From an uncultured Clostridium sp. (GTDB taxonomy: Bacteria; Bacillota; Clostridia; UBA1212; UBA1255), in NCBI GenBank assembly GCA_900543695.1, contig UQSG01000011.1, positions 2,461 through 66,460 on the forward strand: a stretch of 64,000 bases of DNA, in the 5' to 3' direction. The notes under the pieces are model-generated. The model made no database searches. It was given only the letters and a program-made list of their open reading frames with translations, and was not told where the DNA came from. A program made the translations under genes and the position numbers. This document shows, piece by piece, positions 46,406-53,709 of the stretch. Position 1 is the stretch's first letter. Every line of letters begins with the position of its first letter.

Positions 46406-47749
46406 ATGATTGAGAACCAGACAACGCAGGAAAAGAAAAAAATAACGGAACCCACCATATTATCCGGCTTTCTGGAGCTTCTTCCCAGAGAACAGATGAT
46501 GATGACGCACATGATGGATACCATCAAAAATACATTCGAAAGTTATGGCTTTATCCCCCTTGATACGCCGGTACTAGAGAAAGCGGAAATCTTGCTGGCG
46601 AAAAGCGGCGGAGAAACAGCCAAACAGGTATATCGCTTCAGCAGAGGCGACAGCGATATCGCCATGCGTTTTGATCTGACCGTTCCTCTGGCGAGGTATG
46701 TAGCGCAGCATTACGGTGATCTTACTTTCCCGTTCCGCAGATATCATATCGGCAAGGTCTATCGCGGTGAAAAGCCACAGAAAGGGAGATTCAGAGAATT
46801 TTACCAGTGCGATATTGACATCATCGGAAATGGCACGCTTGGAATCGTAAATGACGCGGAGATCGTAAGTGTAATTTTTTCAACATTTAAAGCGCTGAAT
46901 ATCGGAAAATTTAAAATCATGATCAATAATCGGAAGCTGCTCAACGGCTGCTTTGCGCATCTGGGAATACGCGACCACGTCGAAGCGCTCAGGATCATAG
47001 ATAAAATCGATAAAATCGGCAGAGAAAATGTCAAAAGGGAGCTCGTGGCAATTGGAATCGGCGCAGAACCGGCGGAAGCGCTGCTTGACTTTATCGGCAT
47101 ATCAGGCAGCATTCAGGAGATCCTCTCACAGCTGAAGTCAAAAAACATTTCAAACGCAGCGTATGCGCAGGGCCTTGCAGAGCTGGAGGCGGTCTGCGGG
47201 AATATAAAAGCGCTCGGCGTAGACGAACAATATTTTACAATCAGTCTGAAAATCGCAAGAGGCCTCGATTATTATACGGGCACGGTGTATGAGACGCTTC
47301 TCACCGATTATCCGCAGCTCGGCAGCATTTGCTCCGGCGGGCGCTATGATGAGCTGGCATCGAATTACACCAGACAAAGCCTTCCCGGGGTAGGAATTTC
47401 CATCGGACTGTCGCGCCTGTTTTATCAGCTCAACGAGGTGGGCGCAATCAGCTGCGACGGCGCCTGCACACCGACCGAAATTCTTTTTATTCCAATGGAG
47501 GACACGGTTTCTTATACGCTGGAAAAGGCCACGGCATTTCGCAATGCCGGTTATCGCGTTGAGGTATATCTGAACGAAGGAAAGCTGTCGAAGAAGCTGA
47601 CGTATGCCAATAAGCTGGGGATTCCCTATGTCATAGTCGTCGGAAGTGAAGAACGCGAAAAAGGAATCCTTCGAATCAAAAATATGGCGACGGGAGAACA
47701 AACCGAGCTTTCATCCCCAGAAGACGTCAAAAGCATCGTAAAAAAATGA
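46406..47749 (+). CDS. hisS: Histidine--tRNA ligase
   Basis: Class II aaRS motif 2 (FRRYHIGKVYRGEKPQKGRFREFYQCDIDIIG). Motif 3 (GGRYDEL). A C-terminal anticodon-binding domain (IPYVIVVGSEEREKGILRIKNMATGEQ). 447 aa. Confidence 0.85.
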   Translation: MIENQTTQEKKKITEPTILSGFLELLPREQMMMTHMMDTIKNTFESYGFIPLDTPVLEKAEILLAKSGGETAKQVYRFSRGDSDIAMRFDLTVPLARYVAQHYGDLTFPFRRYHIGKVYRGEKPQKGRFREFYQCDIDIIGNGTLGIVNDAEIVSVIFSTFKALNIGKFKIMINNRKLLNGCFAHLGIRDHVEALRIIDKIDKIGRENVKRELVAIGIGAEPAEALLDFIGISGSIQEILSQLKSKNISNAAYAQGLAELEAVCGNIKALGVDEQYFTISLKIARGLDYYTGTVYETLLTDYPQLGSICSGGRYDELASNYTRQSLPGVGISIGLSRLFYQLNEVGAISCDGACTPTEILFIPMEDTVSYTLEKATAFRNAGYRVEVYLNEGKLSKKLTYANKLGIPYVIVVGSEEREKGILRIKNMATGEQTELSSPEDVKSIVKK

Positions 47750-47812
47750 TTTGACATCAGTTGTATTTCTATGTAGAATTGATATAAATATTATATCGAA
47801 GGGGTTTCATAT

Positions 47813-48307
47813 ATGAGAAAAAGAACGTTACTTACGAATATATTCATTGTTGTATTGATGATTTCCATCGTATTCGTACTTCTGGCTTTCTTTGAAGTTT
47901 TTCCGGAAAGCGCCCAGTCGGCGATCCTATTTGCTTCGATGTCACTTGCCTTGATTTCGGTTGCGCTGGTGGATATTGTTTTCCCGCTGATCGACAACGC
48001 GTCCAGATTTAAAAATGAAAATTCTTATAAAGTAAAAACGGTTATAAAAATCGTATTGTTCCTTGTAGCCGTCGCGTTTCTTCTGTTTACCGTGAAGGGC
48101 ATCGGCTTCTTCAAAACACAGTTCCTCGGAATCGCCCTGTTCTGCGTCGCATATCTGGCTCAATTCTTTATTGACCTTGACAAAAACAAAAAGAATCAAG
48201 GCGAAGAAGAGGATGATGAGGACGCGGCCGAAGACAGGATCGAGGATGAAGAGGAATTCGACAACAATTACATCGACGATGCGGAAGAGGACGATGAGGA
48301 CAAATAA
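47813..48307 (+). CDS. Small membrane protein with a poly-acidic (D/E-rich) C-terminal tail
   Basis: TTGACA-17-TAGAAT promoter at 47751-47779. Four predicted TM helices. The final ~45 residues are >60% Asp/Glu. Locally AT-rich compared with its neighbours. Confidence 0.5.
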   Translation: MRKRTLLTNIFIVVLMISIVFVLLAFFEVFPESAQSAILFASMSLALISVALVDIVFPLIDNASRFKNENSYKVKTVIKIVLFLVAVAFLLFTVKGIGFFKTQFLGIALFCVAYLAQFFIDLDKNKKNQGEEEDDEDAAEDRIEDEEEFDNNYIDDAEEDDEDK

Positions 48308-49594
48308 CCGGTCACCGTTTCTCCGTCCGTACTGAGCGGGATTACCGTTCCCGTTTTTCCGCGCAGATTCTGATCTGACGCGCAGACAAATTCAATAAAA
48401 TTTTCAGAATGTCCTTTGAGAAACCCGTCTTTCCAAGTTTCGAAAAGGACGTTCGCTTTTTTCCCCGAAGATACGAATTCCGAAAGCAGGGAAGCTTTTA
48501 TGGAAGCCTGCATTGAAGCCAACTGAGCGGCACGCTGCTTTTTGACGGCCTTGGGGATTTGCCCCTCCAACTGGGCCGCCGCTGTTCCGGAACGCTGTGA
48601 ATACGGAAAAATATGCACGTGCAGAAAGCGGACTGCTTCTAGAAAACGTACCGTCTCCAGAAAGTCTTCCTCCGTCTCTCCCGGGAATCCGGTAATGACA
48701 TCGGCGAATAAATTACAGTCCGGGAAAAGCGATTTCAGATATAAAATCTGCTCCATCGCCGTCTGACTATTATATCTTCTGCGCATGGCGGCAAGAATCT
48801 TACTGCTGCCGCTCTGAAGTGAAATGTGAAAATGCGGGCAAAGCTTTTCGACGGTTTTCAGCGCGTCCGCAACGTCCTTCCGGATAAAAAACGGATCGAG
48901 AGAGCCAAGGCGGATTCGCTCAAGCCCGTCCACCCTGTCAAGCTCGGAAAGAAGCGCAAGCAGGTCAAATTGGTAGGAGGAAATCTCGATGCCAGTCAAA
49001 ACGATTTCCTTGCAGCCGCCGTTGACAAGCGTACGAACTTCTCGCAGAACGGCAGCTCGCGGCTTCGAGCGAACGGGCCCGCGCGCCGTTGGGATGATGC
49101 AGTACGAACAGCGCGCCCCGCAGCCGTCTTCAATCTTGATATAAGCGCGCGTCCGATGAAAGGTATCGACAGAAACATCGCAGAGCGTATGCGAGAAAGG
49201 CAATATGGAAACGGACTGCTCCCGGCACCCGCTGCTTGCGGCCGCTAAAATGCGTTCCGCGACCACCGTTTTGTTCTCGTTCCCGGTAATCAACGTTACT
49301 CCTTCGATTTTTGAAATCAATTCCGGCCGGGTCTGTGCCAAGCATCCTGTGACAGCAATAAAAGCGTTCGGATTTTTATGGATCGCGCGGCGCACGACGC
49401 GGAGCGCTTTCCGATCGCTATCCGCGGTAACGGTACAGGTATTGACGACATATATATCGCAGATATCGTCAAACTCCCGGAGCTCGACGCCCCGCGCGGC
49501 AAGCGCCGCGGCAATGGCCTCGCTTTCATAAAAATTTACCTTGCAGCCCAGTGTGTAAATCGCAGCAGTATACTGTTTTTTTTCTATGACGCAT
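48268..49594 (-). CDS. mtaB: tRNA methylthiotransferase MtaB (radical-SAM MTTase), with an apparent frameshift in an A8 homopolymer at codon 6-8
   Basis: The main frame encodes the complete MTTase: N-terminal cluster motif YTLGCKVNFYESE and VVNTCTVT; radical-SAM CGARCSYCIIP; a TRAM domain. The only ATG with an RBS (AAAGGA-8 nt-ATG at 49592-49594) is one nt out of frame. Removing one T from the T8 run at 49576-49583 gives MRHRKKQYTAAIYTLGCKVN. Confidence 0.75.
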
Positions 49595-49726
49595 CCACCC
49601 GATCCTTTAAATTTAAAGCGGTAAAATTATAGGCGATCCGCAATTTAATGTCAATTGACAGAAAAAACAAAACCGATTATACTGAAAAAGAAATTTTGCA
49701 TTCTGCGGAGGAAGCCGGCGCGGGAT

Positions 49727-50473
49727 ATGGAGAAACGACAGAAAAGAACTAGACTGCAAAATGCATCGTGTGTAATGCTGATTTTGGTATTGCTGGGCTT
49801 TGTCATATCCGCCCAGATTAAATCAGTGGCGATGGAGCAAAAGAAAACGGAATCCGCAAAGCAAGAGCAGATTGCGCAGTATGAAGAGAAAATCGCTCAG
49901 CTGGAAGCCGAGCTCGCCGAAAATAAAGCGCAGTACGCCGTTCTATCGGACAAGTACAACGCCGAAATGAAAAGCCTTTACGAAAACGACAAGCAGTTTT
50001 ACGAGCTCTACAAAAAATACGAAACGGATGTAGAACAGTATAAATTCTACGCCGGCCTGACAACGGTATCAGGTCCTGGCATCGATATCGGCCTTGACGA
50101 TGCACAGAAAAAATACGAATCCATGTCCACGTTCATCGTGCATGATATTTACATAAATGAAATCATCAATATTTTACGGATTGCCGGTGCACAGGCCATC
50201 TCGGTAAACGGAGAGCGGATCGTGGCCATGTCCGAAACGCTGTGTCTGGGGCCGAGCATCCGCGTGAACAATACGAAGCTGTTCGCTCCCTATCACATCG
50301 AAGCCATCGGAGATCCTCAGACGCTCCTGGCAGCCGTCAAGAGCAGCGCGATTTATGAGACCATGCTGAAGGAGAATTTGATTGTGGATCCGGTGATCAA
50401 AGAGCAGATCGTTATCAAAAAATACAACAAATCCTATGAAGACTCTATTGATTTACTTACGGAATCTGAATAA
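49727..50473 (+). CDS. DUF881-family protein (YlxW/YlxX-like; division/sporulation-associated membrane protein)
   Basis: TTGACA-17-TATACT promoter at 49652-49680. N-terminal TM, then a coiled coil, then a conserved C-terminal region with VSGPGIDIGLDD and AISVNGERIVAMSE motifs. A paralog of the next gene. Confidence 0.65.
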   Translation: MEKRQKRTRLQNASCVMLILVLLGFVISAQIKSVAMEQKKTESAKQEQIAQYEEKIAQLEAELAENKAQYAVLSDKYNAEMKSLYENDKQFYELYKKYETDVEQYKFYAGLTTVSGPGIDIGLDDAQKKYESMSTFIVHDIYINEIINILRIAGAQAISVNGERIVAMSETLCLGPSIRVNNTKLFAPYHIEAIGDPQTLLAAVKSSAIYETMLKENLIVDPVIKEQIVIKKYNKSYEDSIDLLTESE

Positions 50474-50482
50474 AAGGGTACG

Positions 50483-51286
50483 GTGCTAACAATGACGGAA
50501 CAATTTGACAATCCCAATGAGCTGGAAGACAGCAGCGAAGTAAGCGTCATTATCAGAAATAAGAATATCAGAAAGAGAAGAAAGCGTGCTGTAATTATCC
50601 GGAATACGGCGATTACGCTCGTATGCGTCGTGCTGGGAATCATCATTTCTATTCAATATAAGAGCCTCAGCGCCGCCGAAAATATTACAAGCTCCGATTC
50701 CGATAAAATTGCTTCCCTGCAGGCCCAGCAGCTGAAGCTGATCCAGGAGAACGAGGGACTTCTTACCGCAAAAGAAGAGCTGGAACAGAAGGTTGCGCTT
50801 CTGGAAAGTGCCACAAACGAGGAACAGATCAAAAAGCTGGAAGAGGAATTGAATAAGATCAAAATGTTCTGCGGCACTACAAAAGTAACGGGAGACGGAA
50901 TCTATATCTCGATTGTCCTTCAGGAAGAAATGTATCCTTCTACCTTACAGCGCCACCTTCTGACGATTATCAACGAGCTGAAGGCTTCCACGGCACAGGC
51001 GATTTCCATCAACGGAGAACGGATCACCGCCATGACGGAAATCCGGGTGGTCGGAAATTACGTCGTCATTAACGGCCGGCAGACCGAAGCCCAGAAATTC
51101 GAAATTTACGCGATCGGACAGCCGCAGGCTCTGCTCAGCGGCGTGCTTTTAAGCGGAAACGGCCCCTTGGCCAACTTGAAAAATGAAAACACCTGCGAAG
51201 TCACCTATACGACTTTGAGCGACATCATCATCGACGCCTGCAAACCGCAGGATATCGTAACTGGACTGCTCCAAAACGCGGAATAA
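50483..51286 (+). CDS. DUF881-family protein (second tandem paralog)
   Basis: Same architecture: TM, coiled coil, VTGDGIYISI, AISINGERITAMTE. Confidence 0.65.
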   Translation: MLTMTEQFDNPNELEDSSEVSVIIRNKNIRKRRKRAVIIRNTAITLVCVVLGIIISIQYKSLSAAENITSSDSDKIASLQAQQLKLIQENEGLLTAKEELEQKVALLESATNEEQIKKLEEELNKIKMFCGTTKVTGDGIYISIVLQEEMYPSTLQRHLLTIINELKASTAQAISINGERITAMTEIRVVGNYVVINGRQTEAQKFEIYAIGQPQALLSGVLLSGNGPLANLKNENTCEVTYTTLSDIIIDACKPQDIVTGLLQNAE

Positions 51287-51352
51287 ATCGAAAGCCCGAA
51301 TAATTGACGGCGCCCCGGCATAGATATTGTTGTACAACAATATTGGAAAGGG

Positions 51353-52186
51353 GTGCCGATTTTTATGCGCTCGAAATTATATATCGCCATGCCGGTACTG
51401 CTGCTCATGGCCTTGCTGACGTATCCGGTTTTACAAATTTTTTACGAGGCAGAGGAAAATCCGTATTCAGTGGAAATCGTGGAAACGAGCACGAACAGCG
51501 ACAAATCCATCTGCAGGTGGGGACTGTGCCGAGGCAAAAACGGCTCCATCCCTGAAGCTGCGCAGGACGACACCGAAATCCTGCTGTCCGGCGGCGGCTT
51601 GTATCTAGGCGACGTAAATGAAAACAAAATGTACCTAACCTTTGACGAAGGGTACGAAAACGGGTATACCGAGGCTATTCTCGATACGCTCAAGCAGGAA
51701 AACGTAAAGGCGATTTTTTTCATTACCGGTGATTATTTTGATAAAAACGACGCAATCATACGCAGAATGCTGGAAGAGGGCCACGAGGTAGGGAATCATA
51801 CGATGCGTCACTATTCGCTGCCGGAGCTCAATTATGAAAAATGCGAAAATGAGATCCTCGAGCTTGATCGCCTGTTTTACAACAAATTCGGCCGGCACAT
51901 GCGCTTTCTGCGTCCGCCGAAGGGGGAGTATAACAGCCAGGTGCTTGAAATTGCGAACAGCCTAAATTATAAATGCATTATGTGGAGCTTTGCGTACAAG
52001 GACTGGCTGACCGACGAGCAAAAAGGAGCGGATTACGCCTTTCAGTCTGTCACGGAAAATTTTCATAACGGCGCAGTCCTGCTTCTGCACGCCGTTTCAA
52101 AGGATAACGCAGACGCACTGGCCTCGATTATTCAGGAAGCCAGGAGGCAGGGGTATGAATTTGGAGATCCGGAGGACCTGGCATGA
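51353..52186 (+). CDS. Polysaccharide deacetylase (NodB-homology domain), PdaA/PdaB-like sporulation cortex deacetylase
   Basis: N-terminal TM/signal. NodB motifs TFDEGY, HEVGNHTMRH, LLLHAV. A WSFAYKDW motif as in delta-lactam-forming PdaA. Located upstream of yqfC-yqfD. Confidence 0.7.
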   Translation: MPIFMRSKLYIAMPVLLLMALLTYPVLQIFYEAEENPYSVEIVETSTNSDKSICRWGLCRGKNGSIPEAAQDDTEILLSGGGLYLGDVNENKMYLTFDEGYENGYTEAILDTLKQENVKAIFFITGDYFDKNDAIIRRMLEEGHEVGNHTMRHYSLPELNYEKCENEILELDRLFYNKFGRHMRFLRPPKGEYNSQVLEIANSLNYKCIMWSFAYKDWLTDEQKGADYAFQSVTENFHNGAVLLLHAVSKDNADALASIIQEARRQGYEFGDPEDLA

Positions 52187-52392
52187 ATATTCCATCGATG
52201 CGCCTATATGGAAAAACCCGGGTGCAAATTCTTTCCCATAAGGGACTGTGCGGCTTCAGCGGCGAGGAAATCCAGATTCTCAGCGCCGTCGGGATCATCT
52301 GCGTCTGCGGAAAAAATCTGGAGATTACGGAAATCAACGATGAATACATATCCATAAAGGGCTGCATCGATCGAATTGCCTATAAAGACTGA
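52183..52392 (+). CDS. yqfC: Sporulation protein YqfC (YabP family)
   Basis: Short YabP-family protein (GKTRVQILSHKGLCGFSGEEIQILSAVGIICVCGKNLEITEINDEYISIKG) directly upstream of yqfD. Confidence 0.7.
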   Translation: MNIPSMRLYGKTRVQILSHKGLCGFSGEEIQILSAVGIICVCGKNLEITEINDEYISIKGCIDRIAYKD

Positions 52393-52410
52393 AACGGAGT
52401 TACGGATACG

Positions 52411-53589
52411 ATGTATAGATTCATGAGCTACATACAGAATTACGTAGAGATTAAAATCACAGGGGAACAGCCGCAAAAATTTATCAATATCTGCCTGCGC
52501 AGGCGTCTGGCTGTATGGCGGCTGACACGCATCTCAGACCATGAATTTACGCTGTTCCTGCTGGCAGGAGATTTTAAAAAAAACGTAAGGTCTGCGGCGA
52601 GAAAATCCCATGTGAAGGTTAAAATACTGAAAAAAAACGGTCTGATCTATACGCTGCGGCGATACCGGGCACGTAAGACGCTGCTGATTCTGTCTGTATT
52701 GCTGACGGCTCTTTTTTGCATGATGAGCTCGATGGTATGGAGCATCCGGATCGAGGGAGGCGACGCAGCGGACCGCCTCAGAACACAATCGCTCATGAAT
52801 GAATTCGGTGTAAAACGCGGCAGCCTTTTGTCTAATATCAATACAAAAGCACTTGCCGAACAGCTTCTGCTTCATCAGAAGAACCTGAGCTGGGTTGGCG
52901 TACAGAAACGCGGCATGACGCTCAGCGTCCAGCTGGAAGAGGGGACGTTTTATGAAGAAAAAACGGGGGAAACCATTGCGGCAGGCGAACCCTGCAATAT
53001 CGCCGTTTCAAAGGATTGCCTTTTGTATAAAGTCACGGTGGAGCAGGGAACGCAGGTTGTCAGCACCGGCGATACGGCGCTTGCCGGTCAAATCGTCGTA
53101 AGTGGAGAGGGAAAACATGCAAAGGCCGATATTTTGGGCTGCGTCTGGTATAGGACGGAGGTCGAGGTCAGATCAGAGACGGAAATCCTTCGCCCGACCG
53201 GGAAAACACAGACACTCCATTCCCTTCTGCTGTTCGGACTGAAAATCGACGCGCCCTCCTGGAAATGGCTGCCCTGGAACTGGGGAAAAGAGGATTTTAC
53301 CTCCTACGACAGCATTTACAGCGAAAACTACGCCGGAGCGGACGGATCGCTTCCGTTCGGAACGGCGACATTAATCAAGCGAGAAACGAAATGGGAAACG
53401 GTTTCGCTTACAGAAGAAGAAGCGAAAATCAAAGCGAGAACGGAAGCGGAGAGCGCCCTTGACGCCGCAATTCCGGACAACGCTCAAATTTTAAGAACCT
53501 CCGCATCGTTCGTGGAACGCGATGGGAAAACGTATTACACAGCATCCGCAGAGGTCCTGGAGCCGGTCGGCATCTGCGTCTCACCGTAA
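52411..53589 (+). CDS. yqfD: Sporulation protein YqfD (stage IV sporulation, SpoIV-YqfD family)
   Basis: N-terminus YVEIKITGEQPQKFINICLRRRLAVWRL; a TM segment. 392 aa; in the typical yqfC-yqfD order. Confidence 0.8.
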   Translation: MYRFMSYIQNYVEIKITGEQPQKFINICLRRRLAVWRLTRISDHEFTLFLLAGDFKKNVRSAARKSHVKVKILKKNGLIYTLRRYRARKTLLILSVLLTALFCMMSSMVWSIRIEGGDAADRLRTQSLMNEFGVKRGSLLSNINTKALAEQLLLHQKNLSWVGVQKRGMTLSVQLEEGTFYEEKTGETIAAGEPCNIAVSKDCLLYKVTVEQGTQVVSTGDTALAGQIVVSGEGKHAKADILGCVWYRTEVEVRSETEILRPTGKTQTLHSLLLFGLKIDAPSWKWLPWNWGKEDFTSYDSIYSENYAGADGSLPFGTATLIKRETKWETVSLTEEEAKIKARTEAESALDAAIPDNAQILRTSASFVERDGKTYYTASAEVLEPVGICVSP

Positions 53590-53596
53590 AACCACA

Positions 53597-53625
53597 TTGA
53601 CAGGTGTGCAAAAGCATGCTACAAT
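53597..53625 (+). promoter_or_regulatory. Sigma-A promoter (TTGACA-17-TACAAT) for the EF-G paralog
   Basis: Consensus -35 box, 17-nt spacer, TACAAT -10, about 85 nt upstream of the start codon. Confidence 0.65.
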
Positions 53626-53709
53626 TTATCTATTATTGTACAAGCACTCAAAACTTCATATGGACCTGTTTTTCATTTATATAATGTTTTATTCTTAGGA
53701 GGAATGTAT

